From Candidatus Omnitrophota bacterium (GTDB lineage Bacteria; Omnitrophota; Gorgyraeia; Gygaellales; Profunditerraquicolaceae), in NCBI GenBank assembly GCA_028712175.1, contig JAQTQQ010000005.1, positions 54,906-116,091 of the forward strand: 61,186 bases of DNA. The letters run 5' to 3'. A program made the position numbers and the translations under genes. Positions within the stretch are counted from its first letter, which is position 1; each line of letters opens with the position of its first letter. Of the stretch, positions 18,622 to 29,085 are shown piece after piece. Under the pieces are notes generated by a model. It ran no database searches, was not told where the DNA came from, and was given only the letters and a program-made list of their open reading frames with translations.

Positions 18622-19141
18622 ATCCTCTCTTCACATAGTCTATGCCGGAAATAACCGTGAAAATTACGGCCGGCCACCAAATAAAATTTGCTATATTCCA
18701 TTGCAGCAAAACACAGACAACCGCGAGCATTTGAAAAGTTGTTGTTAACTTACCCCATTTTGTAGGGTAGACATCTATCGATTGCTTAACCATATAGATA
18801 ACTACAGCTCCCATAATTATGATTACATCCCGGGAGATCACCGTCAGAACCACCCAAAGCGGGAATTTTAAACTAAATTTGCTTATTGAAGACAAGAATA
18901 TGAAAGCGCTCATTAAAAGAAGCTTGTCTCCCAGAGGGTCCAGAATTAATCCGGCCTTTGATTGCAGCTTAGCCTTTCGGGCAATAAAGCCATCTAAGCC
19001 ATCAGAGATTACGCCTAAGATAAATATACTTAAAGCTAAAATTCTCAAAAAATCTTTCTCGGGGGAATAATACAAAAGGCAAGCGATAAAGAAAGGTACG
19101 CTTAAAATACGAAATGTCGATATTTTATTTGCTATATTCAT
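18578..19141 (-). CDS. pgsA: CDP-alcohol phosphatidyltransferase (phosphatidylglycerophosphate synthase-like)
   Basis: 187 aa with the motif DGLDGFIARK...DPLGDK. Confidence 0.85.
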   Translation of the reverse strand: MNIANKISTFRILSVPFFIACLLYYSPEKDFLRILALSIFILGVISDGLDGFIARKAKLQSKAGLILDPLGDKLLLMSAFIFLSSISKFSLKFPLWVVLTVISRDVIIIMGAVVIYMVKQSIDVYPTKWGKLTTTFQMLAVVCVLLQWNIANFIWWPAVIFTVISGIDYVKRGFGILYALDNRRAGF

Positions 19142-19202
19142 TATACCGCCTTTCTATACAAATCAGGCACCATATCGCCCCATGAACGTTTTTTTAAGGG
19201 TT

Positions 19203-19778
19203 CTATTTAATAACCCGTATACGCTGCGGCGGCCAATAAATAATCATTGCCTGGCCAAGGACATCTTTTTTAGGCACAAAACCCCAATAACGGCTGTCTT
19301 TAGATGAGGCGGAATTGTCACCCAAAACAAAATAGCTGTCCTGCGGCACGACTATTTTCTCACCGGCAAGGCCAAAGTCACCTTTATTGAAATAGTAGAT
19401 CTGGTTAAAAATAGGCTCACTGGCAGGTTTATCGTTAATATAGATTGAACCGCCTTTAATCTCCACAGTCTCTCCCGGCAGGCCAACTAATCGTTTAATA
19501 TAATCTTTTTTCTTATCTTCGGGGTAAATAAAAACTATTACATCCCCCCGTTTTGGCTGCCTTAAGACTGGAGCGCGCAGATCCGTAAAAGGCACCTTCG
19601 CGCCGTAAATGAATTTATTTACGAGTATAAGGTCACCTTCAATTAAGGTCATGCGCATTGAGCCCGTGGGAATCTTAAAGGCCTGTACGATGAATGCACG
19701 AATAACCATAGCCAGCAAGAAAGCGATGACAATCGATTCAACCCAGTCACGTAAAACTGATTTCTTTTTTAAACTCAT
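19203..19778 (-). CDS. lepB: Signal peptidase I
   Basis: 191 aa with the catalytic-Ser box GSMRMTL and GDNSASSKDSRYWGFV. Confidence 0.92.
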   Translation of the reverse strand: MSLKKKSVLRDWVESIVIAFLLAMVIRAFIVQAFKIPTGSMRMTLIEGDLILVNKFIYGAKVPFTDLRAPVLRQPKRGDVIVFIYPEDKKKDYIKRLVGLPGETVEIKGGSIYINDKPASEPIFNQIYYFNKGDFGLAGEKIVVPQDSYFVLGDNSASSKDSRYWGFVPKKDVLGQAMIIYWPPQRIRVIK

Positions 19779-21574
19779 ATTTTTAACACCTCCAGGAATG
19801 CTTCTTGCGGTATCTCTACTTTACCAAATTGTTTTAAGCGTTTTTTACCTTTTTTCTGGATTTCCCAAAGCTTGCGCTTGCGGGTAATATCTCCTCCGGA
19901 ACATTTGCTTGTCGCGTGCTTCCCCACGGGACGGACCTTTTCCGAAGCTAAAATCTGGTTTCCCACAGCCGCCTGGATAGACACCTCAAAAAGCTGACGC
20001 GGAATGAGTTCTCTTAACTTAGAAACCAAAAGATGGGCCCTGGAAAGAGCTTTATCCTTAAACATGAGAGAAGAAAATGCATCACAAATCTGCCCATTAA
20101 GCAGTATATCAAGTTTTACCAATTTTGTGGGTAAATATTCCTTTACCTCGTAGTCCATAGAACCGTAACCTCGAGTAACTGATTTCATGCGGTCATAAAA
20201 ATCCACGATTATCTCGGAAAGAGGAATCTGAAAAACCACCTTTACGCGGTCTTCCCCTAAGTATTCGTTTGAGATAAATAATCCCCGACGAGATTTAGTA
20301 AAATCGCAAACCGCCTCAATTGATTCAACCGGCACGATCATAAGCAGGTTAGCGTATGGTTCAAGAGCCTCATCAATATCCTGCGCGGGACAAAGTTTAG
20401 CAGGAGTATCAACTTCAATAACCCCGCCTGACTTTGTTTTAATGCGGTAAACAACATTAGGTACGGTAAGGATCAAATTAAGGTTATATTCACGTTCTAG
20501 CCTTTCCTGAACTATTTCCATATGCAAGAGCCCTAAAAATCCGCAGCGGAAACCCGTTCCGAATGACTGCGAATTTTCCGGCTCAAAAACAAAAGAAGCA
20601 TCGGAAAGTTTTAATTTATCCATAGCATCGCGCAGCTCAGGAAAATCAGCCGGATTAACCGGATAGATCCCGCAAAAAACAAGAGGTTTGAGCTTGCGGT
20701 AACCCGGCAGCGCCTGCGCACAGGGCTTCTTAGGATCAGTAATCGTATCACCGATAACTACCTCGCGGGGATCCCGCATGTTTGCGGTAAAATAGCCTAC
20801 TTCACCGCAGGTTAAATTATCCACCGGGCAATATTTTAAATCTTTAAACACCCCCAATTCTTCAATTTTGTAGACCTTACCGCAATGAAACATTTTTAAC
20901 TGGGTTTTAGATGTAATTTCTCCGTCAATAACTTTAAGAAAAACGACTACCCCCTTAAAAGCATCGAAACGACAGTCGAATATTAATGCCTTGAGCGGGC
21001 CGGCGGCTTCCCCTACGGGAGCAGGCACTGTCTCAATTATCCTGTCTAGAATATCAATAACCCCCCTGCCTTCTTTTGCCGAAGCCAATATAACCTCATC
21101 TTCTTTAAAACCCAAAACGGTTTCTACCTGAGACTTGACCCGGGCAACATCCGCGGAAATCAAATCCACCTTATTAATTACCGGTATAACATGAAGGTTA
21201 TTTTCTATAGCCAGATAATAATTACCGACTGTCTGCGCCTCAATGCCTTGTCCGGCATCGACTACCAAAACCGCCCCTTCGCAGGCGGCAAGAGACTTGG
21301 ATACCTCATATGTAAAGTCAACATGCCCGGGAGTATCGATAAGGTTTAGGATATACTCTTTGTTGAACTTTTTTGAAAAATAATTGAGCCTAACCATCGA
21401 AGCCTTAATGGTTATCCCTCTTTCCCTTTCAAGGTCCATATCATCAAGCAGCTGATCGCCCTTATGCCGCAGGTCAACGGCACCGGTTATCTCCAATATC
21501 CGGTCAGCTAAAGTAGATTTACCGTGATCGATATGCGCAATAATAGAAAAATTCCTAAGTAGAGATCTGTCCAT
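19775..21574 (-). CDS. lepA: Elongation factor 4
   Basis: 599 aa with the G domain NFSIIAHIDHGKSTLADR and a LepA C-terminal domain. Confidence 0.97.
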   Translation of the reverse strand: MDRSLLRNFSIIAHIDHGKSTLADRILEITGAVDLRHKGDQLLDDMDLERERGITIKASMVRLNYFSKKFNKEYILNLIDTPGHVDFTYEVSKSLAACEGAVLVVDAGQGIEAQTVGNYYLAIENNLHVIPVINKVDLISADVARVKSQVETVLGFKEDEVILASAKEGRGVIDILDRIIETVPAPVGEAAGPLKALIFDCRFDAFKGVVVFLKVIDGEITSKTQLKMFHCGKVYKIEELGVFKDLKYCPVDNLTCGEVGYFTANMRDPREVVIGDTITDPKKPCAQALPGYRKLKPLVFCGIYPVNPADFPELRDAMDKLKLSDASFVFEPENSQSFGTGFRCGFLGLLHMEIVQERLEREYNLNLILTVPNVVYRIKTKSGGVIEVDTPAKLCPAQDIDEALEPYANLLMIVPVESIEAVCDFTKSRRGLFISNEYLGEDRVKVVFQIPLSEIIVDFYDRMKSVTRGYGSMDYEVKEYLPTKLVKLDILLNGQICDAFSSLMFKDKALSRAHLLVSKLRELIPRQLFEVSIQAAVGNQILASEKVRPVGKHATSKCSGGDITRKRKLWEIQKKGKKRLKQFGKVEIPQEAFLEVLKI

Positions 21575-22228
21575 TTATTTTATAAAACCCAGCATTTTAT
21601 CTACAACCTGCTCTATAGAAAGGTTCGTTGTATCAATATAAATAGCATCAGCGGCCTTGCGTAAAGGTGAAGCTTGACGGGTTGAATCAATTTGATCCCG
21701 GTTAGATAAATCTTTGGCGACATCTTCTTGCGTAACATTCTGCTTTAGCCCTTTTAGCTCCTTATAACGGCGCATAGCCCTTTCCTGCGCTGAAGCATCA
21801 ATAAAAAACTTCTTTTCTGCATCGGGAAAAACCACCGTACCTATATCCCGGCCGTCTAGAACACAATCACCGCGCTCTCCGAGCGCCCTCTGCATTTTTA
21901 CTAATATCTGGCGGACATCCCTGATTTTAGCTACATCTGAAACAAATTGCGTAATTTGCGGCCTACGGATATCCAAAGATACATCCCTGCCGTCTAAAAT
22001 CACTGTCAATGAACCATCGGCATTATTACGCAAGTCTATTCTTACATTTTCCGCCAATTCGATAATTCTTTGCTCTTGGCTGACAGGTATTTTACTCTCA
22101 ATTGCTTTTAAGGTTAAGGCCCGGTACATTGCTCCGGTATCTATATAAAGAAAACCCAGCTTTCTTGCAAGAATTCTGGCAACCGTGCTCTTTCCGGCTC
22201 CTGCAGGCCCGTCAACAGCTATAATCAT
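21575..22228 (-). CDS. cmk: Cytidylate kinase
   Basis: 217 aa with IAVDGPAGAGKSTVA. Confidence 0.93.
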   Translation of the reverse strand: MIIAVDGPAGAGKSTVARILARKLGFLYIDTGAMYRALTLKAIESKIPVSQEQRIIELAENVRIDLRNNADGSLTVILDGRDVSLDIRRPQITQFVSDVAKIRDVRQILVKMQRALGERGDCVLDGRDIGTVVFPDAEKKFFIDASAQERAMRRYKELKGLKQNVTQEDVAKDLSNRDQIDSTRQASPLRKAADAIYIDTTNLSIEQVVDKMLGFIK

Positions 22229-23055
22229 CCCAATCTCTCTCTTTTTTTATTTGCGCTTTTGAGGATCTTAATCAAAAACTTTTTGTCGTTATTTTTTAAG
22301 GCGAGCCCTAAAGCAGCGATCTTATTCTGGAAGGAAGAAATAGCGGATAATAAATTATTGCGGTTGCTTAAAAATATCTGGCTCCAAAGCCCCGGGTCTG
22401 AAGCTGAAATCCTGGTAACCTCCTTCAGGCTGCTTAAACTAAAATTCAAAAAGTTTTCAGGTATAGAGTTCATTAAAGCAAAGGCAACCGCATGGGCCAG
22501 ATGGCTTGTGCAGGCCAGCGCCTGATCATGCTTCTTAGGAGAGATAACTTCAACCTGCGCGCCTAATTTTACCCAAAAAGCCTTAATTTTATTCAATGCC
22601 TTCTTGTTAGTCAGCGCTGAAGGAGTAATAATACAGGTTGAACCCGTAAAAATATCACCTCCCAGATTAACAATCCCTTTTTTTTCTGAACCAGCTAAGG
22701 GATGGCAGCCGACGAAATTGGAAATAAGAGGATCTAATCTGCAGACGATCTTTTCTTTGGTACTGCCCACATCAATAACAATACAGCCCTTCTTTAATTT
22801 GTCCTTGATTTTGGCGGCAATATCAATAATCGAATCAACCGGAGTAGCTAATATAACTAAGTCGGCAGAACGGACCACTTCCAAATCTTTAACCGCCTTG
22901 TCGATAGCTCCGATTTTCTTGGCTAACTTTGCATTTCTTTGATGAAGGCTAAGGCCATAAATAGTGCCGGATAGGCGCCTCTTTTTTAAGGATAGGCCCA
23001 GTGAACCGCCGATTAATCCCGTGCCGATAATCACCACATTATTAAACATCTTCAT
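22225..23055 (-). CDS. tyrA: Prephenate/arogenate dehydrogenase
   Basis: 276 aa with a Rossmann motif IIGTGLIGGS and HPLAGSE. Confidence 0.85.
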   Translation of the reverse strand: MKMFNNVVIIGTGLIGGSLGLSLKKRRLSGTIYGLSLHQRNAKLAKKIGAIDKAVKDLEVVRSADLVILATPVDSIIDIAAKIKDKLKKGCIVIDVGSTKEKIVCRLDPLISNFVGCHPLAGSEKKGIVNLGGDIFTGSTCIITPSALTNKKALNKIKAFWVKLGAQVEVISPKKHDQALACTSHLAHAVAFALMNSIPENFLNFSLSSLKEVTRISASDPGLWSQIFLSNRNNLLSAISSFQNKIAALGLALKNNDKKFLIKILKSANKKRERLG

Positions 23056-24071
23056 GGCAGTTTTCTTCCGATCACTTCAGCAATAGCTCTAATCTGTCCC
23101 ATCAGGGTAAAAAAATTATCCGGAATAAGTGATTGCGCTCCGTCAGACAAGGCTTCTTCGGGATGATTATGCACCTCGATAATCAGGCCGTCTGCGCCTG
23201 CGGCAACAGCCGCCTTGGCCAAAGCCGGAACCAACCCCCATTTCCCTGCAGCATGCGAAGGGTCAACTATAATCGGCAGATGCGAAAGCTGTTTTGATAC
23301 CGGGACTGCGCTTATATCCAAAGTATTACGCGTAGAATCCTCAAAGGTCCTGATCCCTCTTTCGCAGAGAATGACCGAAAAATTACCGCCGCTTAATATG
23401 TACTCGGCGGACATAAACATATCTTTAACCGTAGAGGCCATCCCCCGTTTTAAGAGAACGGGCTTCTTTGTGGCACCTACTTCTTTTAATAAATTAAAAT
23501 TCTGCATGTTGCGGCAGCCTATCTGTAAAACATCTACATAATCAGCAACTAAACTAACATCCCGGCTGTCCATTACCTCACTTACCGTAACCATACCCAA
23601 TTCATTACCAACTTCTCTAAGCATCTGTAATCCGGCTTTACCTAAACCCTGAAAGCTATAGGGGGATGTGCGGGGCTTAAATGCCCCTCCGCGCAATACG
23701 GTCGCTCCGGCTTTCTTTATATCCCGGGCAATCTCAAATAAACTATCCACACTCTCAATTGTACAAGGCCCTCCCATAACCACTATTTCTTTACCGCCGA
23801 TTTTTACACCCTTACCAAGATCAATAACCGAATCCTCTTTCCTAAACTCCCGAGAAACCAACCTAAACGGGGAAAGTACGGGGATAACATTTTCTACCCC
23901 GGGAAAGACCTCTAAAGGCGTAACCCTTAGTACATCCTCCGGGCCGATAACGCCAATAATCGTTCTTTCCGCACCTTTAGAAACATGCGCGGTTAAACCC
24001 AGCGCTTTCACCTTATCGATAATATGGTTGACTTGGGCTTCTGTTGCTTCGGGTCTTAAAACTATGATCAT
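23052..24071 (-). CDS. 3-deoxy-7-phosphoheptulonate (DAHP) synthase, type I-beta with an N-terminal ferredoxin-like regulatory domain
   Basis: 339 aa with KPRTSPYSFQGLG. The N-terminus MIIVLRPEATEAQV... resembles the Thermotoga-type regulated enzymes. Confidence 0.9.
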   Translation of the reverse strand: MIIVLRPEATEAQVNHIIDKVKALGLTAHVSKGAERTIIGVIGPEDVLRVTPLEVFPGVENVIPVLSPFRLVSREFRKEDSVIDLGKGVKIGGKEIVVMGGPCTIESVDSLFEIARDIKKAGATVLRGGAFKPRTSPYSFQGLGKAGLQMLREVGNELGMVTVSEVMDSRDVSLVADYVDVLQIGCRNMQNFNLLKEVGATKKPVLLKRGMASTVKDMFMSAEYILSGGNFSVILCERGIRTFEDSTRNTLDISAVPVSKQLSHLPIIVDPSHAAGKWGLVPALAKAAVAAGADGLIIEVHNHPEEALSDGAQSLIPDNFFTLMGQIRAIAEVIGRKLP

Positions 24072-24072
24072 T

Positions 24073-25185
24073 TTAGCTCTTCTCCTTAAGGACTTTTTTT
24101 AAGACACGCATGCTCCTTGTATTTTCCTTCTGCGTGCCTATAGTTAGACGGATAAAATTATCTAATCCATACTGCTTCATATCGCGCACGATCACTCCGA
24201 ATTTAAGCATAGATTTAAAAACCTCCATGCTATCCCGGCCGGCATCTATTAAAATAAAGTTAGCAACCGAAGGCACATAACCTATCCCCATTGCGGACAG
24301 TTCATCGTAAATAAATTGCTTACCTTTTAAAACTATCTTGCGGGTCCTTTTAATAAAATCCCTGTCATCCAGAGCCGCCAGGCCAGCGGCCTGTGCAAGG
24401 ATATTTACGTTAAAAGGCAGCCTTACGCGCTCCATACAGGAAACCAAACCCGGATCGGCAATGGCATAACCTAAACGCAATCCGGCGAGACCATGCCCTT
24501 TAGAAAATGTCCTTAAGATTATGACCCTTTTTTTTCTTCGTAAATAGCTTAAGCTGTCGGGATAATCATTAACATCGATAAAAGTGTCATAGGCCTCGTC
24601 AAAAACAACTAGAATATGTGCAGGCAGCGCATTTAGAAAATCCGAAACTTCATATTTAGTAACATAAGTACCCGTGGGATTATTCGGATTGGCAATAAAT
24701 ATTAACTTGGTTTTCTTATCGACCAGTTTCAGAATTGCCCCTAAATCGAATTTAAAATACCGAAGCGGGGCCGTCTTTACTTTACGATCATTGATTTGGG
24801 CGATAATTTCATATTCCAAAAAAGCAGATTCGGAAGTAACGATAGACTCATCCGGTTCCACAAAAGTCTTGATCACAATATCAATAAGTTCATCGGAACC
24901 ATTACCAAGAACGAAGTGTTCAGAAGACAACCCAAAATATTTAGCCAGGCGTTTTTTTAAATAAAAACCCTGTGCATCCGGATAGCGATAAACTCCGGAT
25001 AGGCATTTCTTCATTGCCCCCAGCGCTTTTGGAGAAGCACCTAAAGGGTTCTCATTTGAAGCAAGCTTAATAACTTGCCTTAACCCCAGCTGCCTTTTAG
25101 TTTCTTCAATAGGCTTGCCCGGAAGATATGGCTTAATCATTAATACGCTTTTACGGACAAATTCTTGCACCTGTTTATTCTCCAA
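24073..25185 (-). CDS. hisC: Histidinol-phosphate/aromatic aminotransferase (class II PLP)
   Basis: 370 aa with LASNENPLG and the PLP-lysine box TFSKGHGLAGLRLGY. The aromatic-cluster context suggests a role in Phe/Tyr synthesis. Confidence 0.85.
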   Translation of the reverse strand: MENKQVQEFVRKSVLMIKPYLPGKPIEETKRQLGLRQVIKLASNENPLGASPKALGAMKKCLSGVYRYPDAQGFYLKKRLAKYFGLSSEHFVLGNGSDELIDIVIKTFVEPDESIVTSESAFLEYEIIAQINDRKVKTAPLRYFKFDLGAILKLVDKKTKLIFIANPNNPTGTYVTKYEVSDFLNALPAHILVVFDEAYDTFIDVNDYPDSLSYLRRKKRVIILRTFSKGHGLAGLRLGYAIADPGLVSCMERVRLPFNVNILAQAAGLAALDDRDFIKRTRKIVLKGKQFIYDELSAMGIGYVPSVANFILIDAGRDSMEVFKSMLKFGVIVRDMKQYGLDNFIRLTIGTQKENTRSMRVLKKVLKEKS

Positions 25186-26236
25186 CTGGATAAGAACCTA
25201 AAATTTTCAAGTAATTACATTTAGGCTCCAGCTCTTTTAAGGCTTTTTTTATTTTATCATCATCATAATGGCCGGAAATATCTACAAAGAAATAATACTC
25301 CCACGCCTTCTTTTTTGACGGCCGCGACTCAATTTTGGTAAGGTTAACCCCATATTTACGAAAAGGCACAAGTAGTTCATACAAAGCCCCCACGCGGTCT
25401 TTTATCGAAAATAACAGCGATGTTTTATCGCTTCCGGTCCTTTCCACAACGTTCTTTCCGATAACCAAAAAACGGGTGACATTATGCAATGAATCCTGTA
25501 TATCGGAAGCTACAATTTTAAGCCCATAAATCTTTGAGGCCAAAAGAGAGGCAATTGCTGCGCTATATTTTTCCTTTTTTACCATTTCCGCAGCGCGCGT
25601 AGTGCTGGACACATCCACCAATTCTGCTTCAGGCAGGTTTTTCTGCAACCAAATACGGCATTGCCCAAAAACTTGCGGGTTAGAATAAACTCTGCGGATT
25701 TTATTCTTACTGCAATTAGCCAGTAAATTATGCGATACATCCAGGATGATTTGAGAACATATCCTTAAGTCTGAATCTACAAAAACATCCAAAGTATGGG
25801 TTACCGCGCCCTCGACGGAATTTTCTATAGGCACTACTCCGTAATCAGCCGCACCCCTCTCCACTTCAAGAAAAACTTCGGAGATGCTGTTACAAGCTAT
25901 ATAATTGACCTGAGAACCAAATTTCTTTATAGCAGCTAAATTGGTAAAACTTGCCGCCGGCCCAAGATAAGTAATCTTTAAAGGTTTCTCTAAGGCAAGG
26001 CTTGCAGACATGACCTCCCGATAAATCGCTTCAAGCGCGCCCTTCTTTAACGGCCCTTTATTCAGGCTTGAAACCTTACGTAAAACCTGCATCTCTCTTT
26101 CCGGGGCATAAATACTTTTACCGGTATTAAGTTTTACCCTGCCTATCTTCTTTGTTACTTCCGCGCGTAAATTTAATAAGTTAATTAATTTACAATCAAT
26201 GATATCGATCTTATTACGCAATTTTTTCAGGCTCAT
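25175..26236 (-). CDS. pheA: Bifunctional chorismate mutase / prephenate dehydratase
   Basis: It has a CM helix region LRNKIDIIDCKLINLLNLRAEV, a PDT domain YLGPAASFT, and an ACT domain with GALYELL and ESRPS. I moved the start to Met35 of the tracked ORF (26236) because the extension overlaps scpB. Confidence 0.9.
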   Translation of the reverse strand: MSLKKLRNKIDIIDCKLINLLNLRAEVTKKIGRVKLNTGKSIYAPEREMQVLRKVSSLNKGPLKKGALEAIYREVMSASLALEKPLKITYLGPAASFTNLAAIKKFGSQVNYIACNSISEVFLEVERGAADYGVVPIENSVEGAVTHTLDVFVDSDLRICSQIILDVSHNLLANCSKNKIRRVYSNPQVFGQCRIWLQKNLPEAELVDVSSTTRAAEMVKKEKYSAAIASLLASKIYGLKIVASDIQDSLHNVTRFLVIGKNVVERTGSDKTSLLFSIKDRVGALYELLVPFRKYGVNLTKIESRPSKKKAWEYYFFVDISGHYDDDKIKKALKELEPKCNYLKILGSYPVGE

Positions 26237-26825
26237 TTTCTTTCTCCTTGGCATCCTCTTGGATAAGCGGCTCAATGCTGTCTTGAAGCTCTTTTTCTTC
26301 CGCCATAACGGTAAAATCCTCCATTTTTGGCAGGTCATCCAGCGACTTTAAACCAAAATGCTCCAGAAATTCGCGTGTCGTTCCAAAAACAAAAGGTCTG
26401 CCGGGGACTTTTTTCCTGCCGCAAATACGGATCAAATTCTTATCAATTAAACTCTTCATTACGCCGTCAACGTTTACATTTCTTAAAGATTCAATTTCGG
26501 CTTTAGTCAACGGCTGTTTATAGGCAATAATCGCCAAGCTCTCCAGAGCGGGTTTGGATAATTTCTCATTATAACGGTTCTTAAAAAGTTTTTTCAAGAA
26601 AGGAGCAAATACCGAAGAAGTAATCATTTGAAATCCGCCAGCAATCTCTATTATGCGCATACCTCGATTAGCGGATCCATATTCATTTCTTAACTCATCA
26701 ATGATTTTTTTTACCTCTGAGGCATCAAGGTTTCCCAGTACTTTTTTTATTTGATCGGCCGTAATCGGTTTTTCCGAGGCAAAAATCAAAGCTTCTACCG
26801 CTGATTTCAGGTTGCTTTCTTCCAT
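26214..26825 (-). CDS. scpB: Segregation and condensation protein B
   Basis: 203 aa with the typical ScpB N-terminus AVEALIFASEKPIT and two winged-helix repeats. Confidence 0.9.
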   Translation of the reverse strand: MEESNLKSAVEALIFASEKPITADQIKKVLGNLDASEVKKIIDELRNEYGSANRGMRIIEIAGGFQMITSSVFAPFLKKLFKNRYNEKLSKPALESLAIIAYKQPLTKAEIESLRNVNVDGVMKSLIDKNLIRICGRKKVPGRPFVFGTTREFLEHFGLKSLDDLPKMEDFTVMAEEKELQDSIEPLIQEDAKEKENEPEKIA

Positions 26826-26826
26826 T

Positions 26827-27453
26827 TTACTTTCTTAAGCGCTTCTGCTTATAAACTAAATTTAATAGTTCCTCTGTTGTATTAACCTGTGAGTTTGACT
26901 CTAAAACTTTCTTGATCATATTAAGTGCCTCCGGTCTTCTATACTGCAGCTGCAGTAAAACCTCCAAAGCCTCTTCAGATATATCTTTAGACGCGCTTTT
27001 TTCTTCAATGCTGCCGTCTTGCATGAGGCCAAATTTACCCACTTTATTTTGCAGCTTAGCCACTATCTCCCGCGCCCTTTGCTCTCCTATGCCCGGCAAC
27101 GATTTTAACGAAGCCAGATCACCCTCATCGATTGCTTTTGCGATTAAGGAAATGGGCTTATTCAATGCCTTAAGCGCTGCGCGCGGCCCGATACCGGAAA
27201 CCGTAATAAATATTTCAAAAAAATCCTTTTCAACCTGATTTAAAAAACCGATTAATACCGGAATACTTTTAGCCTGGTCCACCTGATGGTAATGGTAAGT
27301 CAACAGGGAAATTTTATCATCACTACGAGCTGCCTTGTCAATCCCCTGCATAACGCAAGCCGGTATAAAAACTTCATAGCTTAAACCATTCAAATCTAAA
27401 ACAAGGTAATTTAATCCTTTTTCAACTACTTTTCCGGTGATACGGTTAATCAT
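26827..27453 (-). CDS. ruvA: Holliday junction helicase subunit RuvA
   Basis: 208 aa with an OB domain plus the HhH motif LKSLPGIGEQRAREIV. Confidence 0.92.
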   Translation of the reverse strand: MINRITGKVVEKGLNYLVLDLNGLSYEVFIPACVMQGIDKAARSDDKISLLTYHYHQVDQAKSIPVLIGFLNQVEKDFFEIFITVSGIGPRAALKALNKPISLIAKAIDEGDLASLKSLPGIGEQRAREIVAKLQNKVGKFGLMQDGSIEEKSASKDISEEALEVLLQLQYRRPEALNMIKKVLESNSQVNTTEELLNLVYKQKRLRK

Positions 27454-27932
27454 ATCTTTGGTTTCCCGATATAGCTATGCGCAATAGCAAGCGCTAAAGC
27501 ATCGGTAACATCCGTATAATCCGGCACAGATGCTACCCCCAATGTGTGGCTAACCATTCTCTGCACCTGAGCCTTAGAGGCCAGCCCTTTTCCTACAATG
27601 GCTTTCTTTATGCGCGTAGCAGCATATTCAAAAAGAGGCACACCGCAAGTTGAAGCTGCAAGGCAAATAACCCCTCTGGCCTGGCCCAGGATACAGGCCG
27701 TAGCTGGATGCTTATAGTGCGAATATATTTTTTCAATCACTAAACAATCGGCGCCGGTATCAGAAATTAATTTAATTACACCGCGGTAAATACTATCTAA
27801 TCTTTTTGAAACAGGGTCCTTTGGCTTAGTTTCGATTATTCCTGCCTCAACCAAAGTTAATATTGACCCTTTTACCTGAATAACCCCATAACCGGTAACA
27901 GCTAAAGCCGGGTCAATACCTACGATAATCAT
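27450..27932 (-). CDS. ruvC: Holliday junction resolvase RuvC
   Basis: 160 aa with IVGIDPALAVTGYGVI. Confidence 0.93.
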   Translation of the reverse strand: MIIVGIDPALAVTGYGVIQVKGSILTLVEAGIIETKPKDPVSKRLDSIYRGVIKLISDTGADCLVIEKIYSHYKHPATACILGQARGVICLAASTCGVPLFEYAATRIKKAIVGKGLASKAQVQRMVSHTLGVASVPDYTDVTDALALAIAHSYIGKPKI

Positions 27933-28684
27933 TCTCCGCCGGCAGCCTCATTTAAGATCTCATCCGGAATATCAAAGTTGGCATAAACCTGCTGCACATC
28001 ATCATGGTCTTCTAATGATTCAACTAAAGCCAATACCTGCTTTGCCTCGTTTCCTGTAACCTTAATAGTTGAAGACGGCACCATGGTTAATTCAGCATCA
28101 TCCCATTTAATACCTTTTTCAACAAGTGCAGCCTTTACTTTTTCTAAATCCTGAACGGCAGTATAAATTTCGTAACTATTATCTTCATGCTTCATGTCTT
28201 CAGCTCCGGCATCTAAAACAATATTCATAAGTTCATCCTCTTTAACCTTGTCTTTAGATACCGAAATATAGCCTTTCTGGGTAAAGATCCAACTGACCGA
28301 TCCGGCACCCGCCATATTCCCGCCTCTTTTCGACATAAGATTACGTAATTCAGCGGTAGTACGGTTTTTATTATCGGTAAGGGAATCAACTAAAATAGCC
28401 ACCCCGCCCGGGCCATAAGCCTCATACATTACCGCCTCATAAACAACCCCGGGAAGTTCACCTGTCCCGCGCTTAATTGCCATCTTTACATTATCTGAAG
28501 GCATATTTGCCTCTTTGGCCTTTTGCATTATCGCGCGCAGGCGGGGATTAGAATCAGGATTACCTCCTCCATCCCTGGCGACAACAACAAGTTCTTTAAT
28601 AATTTTAGTAAAGGTTGCGCCGCGTTTTGCATCAGCTACACCTTTTTTCCCCTTATTTGTCTTCCATTTTGAATGACCTGACAT
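27929..28684 (-). CDS. YebC/PmpR family DNA-binding regulator
   Basis: 251 aa starting MSGHSKWKTNKGKKGVADAKRG. Confidence 0.93.
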   Translation of the reverse strand: MSGHSKWKTNKGKKGVADAKRGATFTKIIKELVVVARDGGGNPDSNPRLRAIMQKAKEANMPSDNVKMAIKRGTGELPGVVYEAVMYEAYGPGGVAILVDSLTDNKNRTTAELRNLMSKRGGNMAGAGSVSWIFTQKGYISVSKDKVKEDELMNIVLDAGAEDMKHEDNSYEIYTAVQDLEKVKAALVEKGIKWDDAELTMVPSSTIKVTGNEAKQVLALVESLEDHDDVQQVYANFDIPDEILNEAAGGE

Positions 28685-28746
28685 ATTATTCCCCCTTTAA
28701 TTGAACATTGAACAATAAAACAAAAACTTACCCATAACAAAATTAA

Positions 28747-29085
28747 AAAGCAGGTAGAATAAGCCGGGTTCTGTCTTGATACGAATTTGCGTATCGATTA
28801 GCGACTATTCCTCTCAATTTTCGCGTTACCGCGAAAACTTTAGCAGCTTACCCGGGATTAATAGCGTGCCGGATCGGCACTCATCCCCTATTCTACCTTG
28901 CTCCACGCAGAGATTGCCTCGTTTCACCCCCAAGCGCAGCAAGCCGCGTTCGGGACTCGTCTCTGTGGCTCTTGTCCGTTCCGGCTTTCACCGAAAGACG
29001 GGAGTTACCCGTTGCGTTATCCTCTGGAGCCCGGACTTTCCTCCCGCCAGTTCTCCTGGCGGGCAGCCGCATTCTACCTGCTTTC
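28747..29085 (-). ncRNA. rnpB: RNase P RNA, bacterial type A
   Basis: The minus strand contains the universally conserved P4 strands GGAAAGTCCGGGCTCC and ACAGAACCCGGCTTA, GGGTGAAAC, and a P1 helix AAAGCAGGTAGAAT/ATTCTACCTGCTTT joining the two ends. Length is about 339 nt. Confidence 0.92.

Noticed and set aside
26237-26338. A 34-aa N-terminal extension of pheA in the ORF track
   Set aside because: The extension is basic and low-complexity and overlaps the scpB coding region. The chorismate mutase helix begins right after the internal Met at 26236.
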